From Oikopleura dioica (Eukaryota; Animalia; Chordata), in NCBI GenBank assembly GCA_907165135.1, contig OU015566.1:4588001-4652000 (forward strand): a stretch of DNA of 64,000 bases. The letters are read 5' to 3'. The notes under the pieces are model-generated. The model ran no database searches. It was not told the DNA's origin and was given only the letters and a program-made list of their open reading frames with translations. The number at the start of each line of letters is the position of its first letter. The stretch's first letter is position 1. The position numbers and the translations under genes are program-made. Of the stretch, positions 24,901 to 36,461 are shown piece by piece.

Positions 24901-26195
24901 TCTTTTTTGCGCTCCAAGGTTTTGTGTTTTTGTTTCAGCTGTGATAGAATCAATGACCTTTTGACCAAATCACCTGAAATTAAAACCTTATTTTGCCCGA
25001 TTTTGTGAATAAAAAATGACATTTCAAATTTCCATAATTCGGAAAAAAGGTACTCGAAACGCTTTGAAAGAGCCGAGTATGTTCAGCTTAAGACTGACGT
25101 ATCTAAAGATAAAAAATGCATGTTTGGGATGATGAAAAAGCGCAGGTGACTTTTGATGAAGCAAAAACCATGTCTTATATGAAAATTCAGCGGTCAAGCT
25201 TGAATTTCGTATAAAAGCGTAATAATTTCGTAATAAAGCGGTGAAGAGCTTTAAAAAACTCTACAATTTCAAAAATATTGCATAGTATTTTTTCGGCATT
25301 TTCAGTCGTTTTTCAGTCGACGCATGTCTAGCCATTCGCATGGTGGCACTTATTTTCGCATTATCTCAAGAAAATGTTTTTGGGGGGCTTGCGCAACTTG
25401 ACTTCTGTGAACGAGAGAGACAGCAAATTAAGCCGCATAGAAATGCGCCCCGTGTTTGTCAAAAATGTTCAATAACATCTCATTTCAAAGCGTCGTTTTT
25501 TCAATGTTTTTACCAAAATTTTATTTATGGGTAAATCTCGGACCAGGCAATTACTACGCATGCAAATTTTAATCAAACTAGTTTTTGATCAAGAAAATTT
25601 ATTATTGGCTTTTTGGCATCAGATTTTTGGGGAAATAGATGAAATTTCGTAATATTTTTGAAGCAGTACCCTTGATTTTCCGAAATCCTCGTTGTTTCTA
25701 CGAAGGATTTTTCGGACTCACTAAAAATTTTTGATAAAGCGAGCGAATTTATTAGGGGATTTCAAACTGTGATAATGTTGCTCGTCAATTTTTATTTTTA
25801 TTCGAATTTGAACAGTTCCTTTGAAAATTTTAATAAAAAAAGCTTCAGAATATCTTCAAAGCAGTATTAGAAAATTCCCTTATAAAAATTGCGCAAACAT
25901 AATTTCCATTTTTTTTTCTTTTAGACAACGTGGATTTTGTCTCGCGGATTCGCAATAATCTCCAAAAAGAAGCCTCGTTGTGTTTTTCATCGTTATGCTG
26001 ACGTGCGGTGGTGGTGGAGGAGAGCACCACCTAGGTTACGAAATGCGTATTTATGCTCGGGTTACTGGCGGAAAAATCATTCACCAGAGAGAAATCATCC
26101 GATAATGAAGGTAAAGCAAGATTTCGGAAACAATAAAAAACCAATTATTTTTTCAGTAAATGAGGAAATCGATTAAGCATTTTGTTTAGATTTCA

Positions 26196-27871
26196 GCCAG
26201 CCTCATCGCCTTGACAAACTTGGCCACGAATGCTGCCGCCAGCTCGAAAAAGAATCCGACCAATGCCGTCGAAAGCATCGACGCTCCCAGAACCGTCTGT
26301 GGCGGCCTTATCACTGGCGACGGCATCATCACCTCTCCTGGATTCGACGATCCAGGACACTACGAGAACTACCTCGACTGCACCTGGGAAATCAACATTC
26401 CCGGCGTTTCCGGCTTCACGATTCACCCCTAGTATTTCGTCGTCGAACAAGAGCGTTATTGCTCCTACGATTCGCTGACCATTACTTTCGGAAGCTCGGA
26501 ATTCACTTTCTGCGGATATGACGATGCAGATTACGACGATAGTTCTAGCTACAGCTTAAGCAGCTCCGGAAGCTCCGGCTATACCTCAAGCTCATATTAC
26601 AGCTCCAGCTCAAGTTTAAGCTCGAGTAGGTCCGGAAGCTCTGGCTACAGCTCAAGCTCAAGTTCCAGCTCATATTCTAGCTCAAGCTCAAGCTCTGGTA
26701 GAAAACGAAGAGCTCCAGTGGAGGGTGTCCTTGGCGCCTCAGGCAACGGAAGAATTGATTCTTCTAGCTCCCCATACCTTGGGGACTTCCTCCAGCCTCT
26801 ACGGGTTAGAAATGACTCATACGGTATGAGTCATACCGTATGAGTCATACGTTCGTCTTATTTATTTTTTTCTTCGTTAGGTAGAGGGAAACACTGCTAC
26901 ACTCCACTTTACAACAGATGGATCTCGTGTTTTCAAAGGATTTAAGCTTCGAATCGAGAAGGACAACAACATCGGAGAAACGGGATGTGACCAAGTCCAA
27001 TCCGGCTCTGGATCTTTGAGCAGTACGAATCACCCGGAAAATTACGGAAACAATGAGCTTTGCAGGTAAATTAATCTTTGCGGAATTCTAGCTCTCATAA
27101 ATACCTGGATATACTCTGAATGCAGAGCCAGGAAAGATAATCAAAATCGACTTCGAACACTTTGACGTCGAGAACAACCGAGATTGCGATTACGACTCCC
27201 TACGAATCAACGGCCGAAAACACTGCGGTAGAAAACAACATGGATTCGGCAACAAGCGAAATCCACCGCAGACCGTTTACGTTTTTGCTGAATCGACCGA
27301 ACTTGAGTGGATCACCGACGGCTCCGTGACCAGAGGAGGTTTTGCTCTTTCCTGGGAGTCTGTTGTAAATCCCAATGGATCTGCTGCTTCTGGTCCTTTG
27401 GAAAGCGCCGCTGGATTTCATGAACATATGGAGGTGAGGAATAAAAGGCTATTTAGAGCAGGGCTCTGTACTGAGTCAGGGTCTGAAATATCGATTGATT
27501 GATTGGATCTTATTTTTAAGTCTTTCTACAACCAACTCATCTACCAAATGGAATTCCGTCGGCCCTGGATGTCCAAAGCCCTGGCTCGATTCTGGAGCAA
27601 CATCCAAATCGCCAAAGACTACTTCCAAAGCGAAGGAGAATGCGAATGGGACCACGCCAAGCCTTCATACAACACATTCGATTTCAAAGAATTCGATGAT
27701 TCCGCCTCGAAATGCGACAATTTAAACAATTTCGCAACAAATGCGAACGCGTTTCTGAACAATTTCGTGTGCATGGACGGTCATGAGCTTCCGAAGAGAA
27801 CATGGATGAAATGGAAGAATTCGGCTTCGAAGATTTTTGACATCGGGTTTGCTTTGGCAGACCATTGTTAA
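26196..27871 (+). CDS. Two-CUB-domain protein with a Ser-rich insert and an in-frame TAG (possible null allele)
   Basis: CGGLITGDGIITSPGF..YENYLDCTWEI, CSYDSLTI..FCG, GN..LHFTTDGS..GF, and a second CUB (CDYDSL..CG..WITDGSVTRGGF). TAG at 26430-26432. Confidence 0.8.
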
Positions 27872-28048
27872 ACAACTTTTCCTGCCAAATGTACAATCAT
27901 CGATTATTCATTAATAAAATATAATTTTGAAAAATTCAATTCTCTTTCTAATCAGCATTTTTTATTGATAAAATTATAAAAAACAAAACAAATCAAAGAA
28001 AATGAAGAAGATCGAATTTTGATATAAATATCATGATCAGTATCATAA

Positions 28049-30100
28049 TCACAAGATAGAACATGCTCTTGATCTTTTTTTCTTCTTCGGATTCTTTTTC
28101 GTCGGCGCTTCCTCCAGTTTTTCGATTTCTTCGAATTCGACCGGCAAAGGCTCCTCTTTGATTTCAGTAATCGACGAAATTTCTTTCGGAATGAGAGTGA
28201 GAGTGTATGCTTCTTGGAAGAGATACCATTCATCAAATTGAATCCGTCCATTCGCCAAATTTTCGTCAGTAAAATAAGGGTTGAACTGAGAAATTCGAAT
28301 CACTAAAAGACTGGCTTAGATTCTCTGTAAGGTTCAAAATTTAAGACTTGGAGAGTCAGCTGAGAATTCATTATTTTGGAGAACATATTCGTTGTTTTCA
28401 ATTCGGTCCATGGTCATTTGGTGATAAAACGTTCTTTCGTAAAGATGTTCGCTATCTCGGGGAAAAACCATGGCGGCTGTGACTGTGACCGGTCGAGTGA
28501 ATTGAAATTGTTCGCCCAGAATAACTGAATTTTAATAAAGGATTTATGTTTTGTTTTTAAGCTTTTTTATATCTGCAGATTGATTCAACAGGTTTTGGAT
28601 TATAATCTTCTGGTCCACCAAGAAGTCTGATAATATCCCAGCCACTTTCCATCAAATAAGTTTTCTGACAAAGTCGCTTCAGAAGAATTTCGATTTGATT
28701 GATTTGTGCCTGCTTTTCTTCTTTATTCGGGTTCAAATTAAGCCCAACCATGCTTCGTGGATAAACGATCATCGTCAGAGTTGACAATATGTTTTCAAAT
28801 GAATGAGTAGGGTATTTATCAACAAAACCAAGATCTTTCTTGATCGCATGTCGTAGAAGCGTCGTAACAGAAATCGGCACGCAAAGCTGACTGGTCTTTT
28901 GATCGAAAATATTTTTTGTTAAATTTTTCATGTCTTGGTTGGCACATTTTGTGATGTCTTGATTTAAAGAAGACATTTGGCAGGATGTGGTTAAGTTTGG
29001 ATCGTCGAGGCAGAAAGAAGAGTCAGCATCGTCTAAGTCGATGATTTTTGTGATTTCATCGAAAACTTCAAGGCTTCCATCTTCGATTTTATGAACTGTC
29101 AACGCATTACAGCTCTTAATTGCAAAATTGTTAATTTTAATAATTTCATTTATTAACTTTAACAAGCTGATCGATTCCACTGCGCTCTTCGTCATCAATC
29201 GGTTTATAAAGCAGCGACCAGGTTGTTTTCCAAGAACACAAGAAAAAATACCAAAGATTATCGATTCTGTAACCTTGACCATTTGTCAATTGACTTTGAA
29301 AAGAAAAACCGGGCAAGCCAGCAGCTAAAACAAATTATTTTCTTACTTCGAGGTTAACTTACAAAGAGAACAATTAATTCTATTTTTTGACCCTCTTCTG
29401 CAGTAGCCCATTTGCCTGTAACCTTCTCTTCCTGTCAATTCGTAAACGAGGCCGAAATCAATGATTCGAGGAACTCCATCAAGCAGAAGAATATTTTCCA
29501 ATTTAAAATCAAAGTGATTGATTCCAATTTTCTTCAAATAAACGAATCCCTTCGAAATTTCCAATCCGATTCTCTTCCGCTCATCAATGTCAATTTTTTT
29601 TTCTTTCAACAAACTTCTTAAATCTTTTTCCGCTCTCTCCATTATTGTGATCCATCCAAGACAATCTGCTTGCTGCTCATCGACTAAGAAATATGTTTTC
29701 GAGAGATGAATCTGATTGCAAAATCATTCGATGAGTTGAGGTTTGCTCAAAGCTTTCAATCTCTTCTTTGTTTACATCAAAAATAAATCCTCGGTCACCG
29801 ACAAAACCACAATATTGCCAGTGATAAGCATTTCTATCATCTTCAAAATCCATCCGTTCAACAGCCGAGATCAATCTGCATTTCTGAGTCCTCGTTGTTG
29901 TCCTCTTCAATTTCGGCAGAAATCCAGCCAGCCATTCCTCGATCTTATCTCTTTCAATCTCGGGCGGATGATCATCAATTCTCTCATTATCCATGATCGC
30001 AGAATTCCGTCGAAGTAGAGCCAAAATCCTGCATTTAAAGAGTCCTTCTTTTTCGATGATATTTACGTTGCTATCGTAAAAATAGCGCTAACAGATATTT
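28049..30100 (-). CDS. Divergent protein kinase fused to an additional C-terminal domain
   Basis: MERAEKDL..HFDFKLENILL..IIDFGL (subdomains V-VII) in ORF 29343-29642, with flanking exons at 29677-30024, 28557-29282 and 28049-28303. Confidence 0.75.
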
Positions 30101-30594
30101 TCTTCCGTTTCTGACACATGGCCCAGTGATGCAACAAAGTTTGAAATTGATGAAAGAATGGCTCTTTTTCTTGCGAGTTCAATTCTTTACAAAAAGAACC
30201 ATTCTTTACAAAGGATGGAACCCCCTCTACCATTTTAAGGTGACTGTCAGCTCAGTTTAGCTCATCTCAATGATTCTTTGAAATGAGCCAGCTCAGCTCA
30301 GCTCAAAAAATGGCCAGTTTAGCTAAGCAAGCGCAGGTTGTAAAATCCTCAGCTGAACTCAACAATTTTCAGAAAAGTCTCAGCGCAGCTCATTTATTTT
30401 TTGAAAAAATCAGCTTACTTTTGAAAGAAGCCAGCTCAACTCAGCTCAGCTCAATTTCGACCTCAGCTCAGCTCAGAAAAATAAAACTCAGAAGATAGCA
30501 ACTCTACCCTGAAGTTCTGCTAGTTTTTTCATTTTAGCCAGAAAATAACGGAGCATTACCTTGTCCACCAAAAGGTCATGTTTTGTTAAAAATA

Positions 30595-31328
30595 CCGTGG
30601 TTTTCCATTTTTAGAGCGCCCACTTTAAGAGCGTTTTTTCGTATAATTTGAAAATGTTGTCATCTGCCAAAATTCCATTTTAAGAGCGTTTTTGAAGATT
30701 TTTATTAAAAATCAAAAAATTTTCAGACTGACAGTGAATCATTTATAAAAAAAGTTTGTAATCTTTCACTGCTTTTCTGGTCATTTTGAAGTCGAAGGCT
30801 TCGCAGTGTCGGCACTCTCTATCACTTGAACTTGAGGTTCCTCTTCAATCTCCATCGGGGTCGCGGCTCGTGTTTCATCGATTTGAAGCGCCAGAAAATG
30901 CTCGACCAGCTCTTCCTCGTCTTCTTTCTCCAGCAAACTTTCCAAAACATCCAAGTCCTCAAAATCTTCAACAGCTCCTTCGAATTCTTCCTCCTTGATC
31001 AGCCCAGTATTGATCCAAGAGCGCTTGAAGATTGCTGGACTCATGTTTATGAAGATTTCGTTGGCTTTGTTCACTAGATCTTCCTCCTTGATAATCAGAT
31101 GATCATGGTCGACGATGAAATCGTCAAGAAAACATCGGATCTTTTTTTGTACTTGCAGAACACAAGGTTGTCACAGGGTTGAAAATGACATAGCTACATT
31201 TACAATTTGTTTAACGGAAAAATTAAAAATCCCACTGTCATCCTACCTTGATTGAAAAATTTCCAATCTAAGAGCGATTTGAGCGAGGCCTGTCATCCAA
31301 AAAACGCTCTTAAAATGGAAAACCACGG
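30595..31328 (-). mobile_element. Non-autonomous Tc1/pogo-like element (copy 2, inverted, near-identical to 21266-21998)
   Basis: Reverse complement of copy 1 with the same TIRs, TA flanks and an identical ORF translation (30781-31074). Confidence 0.8.
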
Positions 31329-31383
31329 TATTTAGTCAAACCGTTTCCAGAAACATGATCGTTTTTGAACGATTGGAATTATT

Positions 31384-33097
31384 ATGAAAGACGCAATTTG
31401 TTCATTGATGTTTGAAGTCCAAACACTTCGTGTTCCTGACTCTCTGAGCCACTTTCTCCCAATCCAGAATCGAAAACGGTACTAAAAAGATCACGATTAA
31501 AAATATTTGTTTTTCAGTTTTTCTTCTTTTTTCCTACTTTTTGGTCGGTTATTTTTCGTCGCATGGATTCGACGAAATTGCGAAAGAGCTAGAGAGAAAG
31601 AACAACGGCTGTAAAAACGACGTAAAAATCGGAGAACCGGGGCAATTCAACTGGATTCTGATTCTTTCCGTTCAAGGATCCGGGAACACCTGGACGAGGC
31701 AGCTTTTTCAGTCGCTGACGGGCTACTACGCGGGAGGAGTCTATCACGAGATTCATGAGGCGCTCGATACTGACGAATTATACGAGCAATCGCCCTTTCC
31801 CGGAGAGCATTTTTCTCCTGAGTCTGGCAGAGTTTTAGGTAAAGAGAGACGTTTTTTCGTGCTTTTTTTGGTGTCAGCCAAAGGTGAAAATAAATTATCT
31901 TTATGAAACACGCAGAGAACTGTTACGAAAATAGTTATGATGGCGTTAACACGTTACGTTATTAGTACCAAGTCATTGAATTTAAAACTAAGGGCGTAAT
32001 TGAGGATTATTATTCCTCGATCAAGCTTTTAACAATTTTTGATCCGAAAAATAGTTGGGTAAGAAAAGGGTTCACGATATTATTCCCATACTGACGCACT
32101 TAATATATTTTTCGTTTGGAAAATTGAGACCAAGAGCTAGAGAAATAGGCGCATGTTTGTTTTCCTTTTTTTAAATCATCTTTTATTTATCCTTATTCGG
32201 AAATGACAACAATTTCGAGAATATCACGCAATAATAAATTGCTCTTGGTTGAACGAATATTTAGTGAAAACAAAAACTTCCAAACGGAAAAGCCAATCAG
32301 AGATGTCAAGTGCTCAAAAATGTTGTCAGCAATGTTTTCATAGATAAATCATACATGCCTAATCATATAAAAAAATCATTTCAAGAATCGAATTGACTTT
32401 ACTAAAGTCTTTTTTTTCAGGAATCAAGTCGCACGCTCGAGGACACATCCGAAAAGCCCACGCCGTCGTCCTCGTCATCCGAAACCCCTACGACACCATC
32501 AAAGCGAATTTCAACCGAATCATGGCGCAAAAAGAAACCGGCGACGGCCATGGCGCGCACACTGGCACCATCGACCCAGCGCTCTTCAAATCGCTAAAAT
32601 GGCGACGATACATTCACAACACCGCGGAAATGTGGCGACAGTACTACAAAGACGCGGTCCATCTGGCTGTCAATAGCGAGAAAAATTTTCATTTTCTCTG
32701 GTACGATTTGCTGAAAACAGAAAAAGAGGCGCAAATGCGGGAAGTTTACGCTTTCTTGGAAAACGAAGCGGTTCCAAATGAAAAATTCGAAGTCGAAAAC
32801 ATCGACGAGCGATTAAATTGCATCAAAAACGATAATCTGGACAAATTTAAAAGAAAAAAAGTTGAACTCGACTTTGACATCTACAAACCAGGTAAAATTG
32901 GCCAACGCTCGCTTTGTTTTTTATCAAAAATATTTTATGAAAAAAAATATGGAGCACTTGATCAATAATGAAATTGGCTTGACTTTGTTTTAGATGAAAT
33001 AGAGATGATCAACTCTTACATCCGAGAATATATCGAATTCTTTCGCGAAAATGATGTTGAATTTCCAGAAAAAACTGTCAAAAGCTGGCTTAGATAG
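31384..33097 (+). CDS. WSCD: WSCD-like sulfotransferase-domain protein
   Basis: SVQGSGNTWTR (5'-PSB loop), TGYYAGGVY, KSH, LVIRNPYD..ANFNR, and RLNC..FKR. Multi-exon. Confidence 0.8.
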
Positions 33098-33967
33098 CAG
33101 ACCCTTAATTATTTTGTTCATTGAGTTCACAAAAATAAAAATTTTATATAACGCTCAAATCGAAGTTATTCGCTTAAAAAAAAAATTTATTCTTTAAAAA
33201 AAAGGTTGAGATCCTGGCTCCGCAACCTGTGTTGAGAATCTGAGTCAGGGGTTTATATCAAGAATCGGATTTCTTGTCAGTGTTTTCTCAAATTTTTAAC
33301 ATAGTGACCCCGTTATTTTACTGCTCAAAATTTATTTCAGACAATTTTCTCTTTCCTATCGAAGCCAAAAATTTGGACTTCTTGAGCTTTCGAGGTGCTA
33401 CAATGCAAATCGGGCATCTCCGAATGTCGTCAAAAAGCCTATTTTAGGAAAGTCAGCGATCTTTGACGAAAAATTTTGTTAAAAATTTTCTTGAAAATCG
33501 AAATTTCGGCTTCCATAGGAAATAGATACAGGTCTAAAATTTTTATTTCCAAAGTAAAATAAGGGTGTTACTATTATAACTTTGGGAGAAAATTCTGACG
33601 GAAAATCACGATTCTTGATATCTACCTCCTTAAAAAGCTTTGAAAAAAATTTGATGAAAAGTGAGTGTTTTTCGAAGCCAATGACTTTTGACGCCAATCT
33701 GCAGCATCGAATCCGCTGCATAATGCCTGTAATCCAGCGATACAAATGCATAGAACAAACATCAATTCAGAATAGAAGTACTAAAGGCCAGTTTTATAGA
33801 TAGAAAACAAACACTTCCCCCATTACGAAAGGAGAATAAATAGTGAGACAGAAGTGAGAATTCAGACACATTCCTTCAATTTCTTCAATTCATCAATTTT
33901 TCTCTAATTTAATCGGAAACCAGAGGCGCTGGAGAAATTCAAGACAAAAGAAAAAAGTTGAAAAGCG

Positions 33968-34998
33968 ATGGAAAAAGAGGCCGAAAAAGAGGAAAAGAAG
34001 GAAATCGAAGAAATCAACGAAGAAAGCGGCAAAATCAGCTGTTCAAAAAGAGTCGGAAACGCGAAGCGAATCGGGATATTTTTCCTTCTCAATGCAGTTT
34101 TCGTCGGAATCGGGACTTTTTCCTTCCACGCTTTGGAAGGCCCAAATGAAGACAAAATCTGCGCGGACTCCCGACAAGCGCTGAAGAATTTCACCGACTC
34201 GCTGATCAAAGAGCCGGACGGAACTTACAAAGTTACAGACGAGCAGCTTCTCAATTTGGTCAAAACTGCGGAGATTTACGCGGAAGAAGGGGTCCCGATT
34301 TCGACCTTGATCGACCCGGAAAACGAATGTCCAAAGTTGTGGACTTATGGCGGCGCTGCTTATTTTTGCGGGACGATTGTCACGACTGTTGGTTATGGAG
34401 ACACAGCTCCGAAGGTTTGAGAGCTCTAGAAAATTGAGGAAAAAATTTTTTTAGACAAATGAAGGAAGACTGCTGTTTTTGTTTTATGTCATTCCGGGAA
34501 TCGCCATTTGCGGCGCTCTTCTTGGCGAAATCGGACTTTTGGTAATTTTTTTCTTATTTTTGAAACAAAAAAAAAGACGATTTTTAGATGGCGAATGTTT
34601 CCTACAGAACTCGAAAGCGGCTGAAAAACGTCCCGACCGCTCTGTTTTGGACGCTGAACAGTTTGTTTGGAATTGGATTTTTGATTTTTCTCCCTTCGCT
34701 GATAATTTTCCTCAGCGTTGAAGAGTGGACGTATTTTGAGTCGCTGTATTTTATGATGGTGACTTTCACGACAGTTGGTTTTGGAGACTTGACCATAACA
34801 GCTTATGATTGGAAATATGCGATCATGTTTTTCAGCTATCTTGGGTATTTGAGATTTGATTTGATTTTTGATGATTTTTGAAGACTCTCTTGGATCGGTT
34901 ACATTATTGGGACCATCACTGACAGCGTCAGAAATCGACTAGCAGCGGACAAAAACGAAGAAAAAGACGAAGACGAAGAGATTTTCTCTGAATTTTGA
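33968..34998 (+). CDS. KCNK: Two-pore-domain potassium channel (K2P)
   Basis: Two pore loops, TTVGYG and TTVGFG, four TM segments and a cap-domain Cys. Three short introns. Confidence 0.95.
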
Positions 34999-35166
34999 AT
35001 GCAAAACTGATAATTGACGATGATGATGAAATAATAATTTGACACTTTCAACGCTTTTCTTTTTCGAGCCAAAAGCATTTTGCCAACCGAAAATGTCACT
35101 ACTTGACATTTACTCCCGCGCCCACGCTGAGCTGTAGTACCAGCCGGTTTTCGTACATTTTTTAAA

Positions 35167-36318
35167 ATGATGAAGAATGATTCAAACAACAAAAAGCTCC
35201 TTCCTCTTTTTCTAGCGCTCTTGGCCATTTTTCTATTTGACAGAGTTTTTGAAAAGTGCAAGGTTGCTGTTTATGACAGAGAAACACCGATCGTTTTTGT
35301 CGGAGGAGTCAAGGGCTCTGGGACAGAATACATTCGCGACTTACTGAACACTTCAAAAGACATCAATTGTCAAAAATCAACCATTGGTTCTCCAGCCCTC
35401 TTATGGATGGCATTCAACGAACTGCGGCGAGAAAAGGAAATGAAGCGACTTCATCTTGCTGGAATTTCTGAAGAGTTGATGTTCAAAGCCACTGGCGAGG
35501 GAATACTAGAAATCGTCTTTGGAACAAGGCAGGCGAAGATTCCTTGTTTGGAGGAACCGATGATTTTGAATCAAATGGAGTTTCTGGCGGAGAGTTTTCC
35601 GAATGCGAAGTTTTTACGGACGATGATAGACAAACTAATAATTGAAAAATTAAAATATTTATTATTTTATTCATGTTTCATCATCATTTTTGAGATATAA
35701 AACGAAACGCTTTTCAAGTCGCAAATGCCCTCATCAACGACCGGGAAAACATCTACCAAACCGACGCAAATCCGCCTGTTTTAAAACTCTCCCGCTTCCG
35801 AGACGGCCTGGTCTACTGGAATGAAACTGTAACAGTCGTAGACGAGTACTGTAAAAAATACCAAAAGCGATGTCTTACGATCGAATATGAAAATCTCCTC
35901 GACCATTCCAACGCGATCGCTAGAAAAATTGGGCAAGAACGAGTCTTGAAGTTATTTTTAATGACTTTTCTTCAGGAAATTCTTGAAAACAGATCTTGAC
36001 AAAAGCTGGAAGCCAAATCCGCTCAAAACTTTTTCTCCCAAAAACCGCGGCGCTTCAAAAGAGCTCAAGAAAGTGCTCCAAACTTATGGAAAAGAACTGA
36101 CTAATCGAGCATTCTTCCAGCTCGCGAATTTTGGATGGGAAGACAATTTGAAATACGAGGAAAATTTTGAATCATTCGAGAAGCCGAATGCTGAAATGAC
36201 AAAAAAAGAAAAGGAGATTGTAAAAGAACTCGTAGAAAATGTGAATTTGGATCGATATCAAAATATATTGAAACTGAGTAATTATGAAAAACTCATTCGA
36301 TTTTACAGAAATTTGTAA
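35167..36318 (+). CDS. TPST: Tyrosylprotein sulfotransferase-like protein (catalytic residues altered)
   Basis: Type II TM anchor, YDRETPIVFVGG..SGT, RL..AGISEE and FPNAKFL align with TPST by recalled sequence. Confidence 0.75.
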
Positions 36319-36461
36319 TAAATAACCTTTCGAGATGATGTAATAACTATTTTCTTCCTGCCCGTTAAGACGAATAAAAACACTCAAAGATTGAAGGCAT
36401 TGATTGACAGTTTAATTTACAGTTTTTTGCAATAAGCAGCTGGTTTTGATAGCAAGTAAGA

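Noticed and set aside
22600-25600. Scattered short ORFs
   Set aside because: No coherent gene model or recognisable domain; the region is dominated by dispersed repeats.
26430-26432. In-frame TAG as evidence for codon reassignment or readthrough
   Set aside because: Other genes in the window terminate at TAG (e.g. 33095-33097, 45872-45874). A point mutation or base error is simpler.
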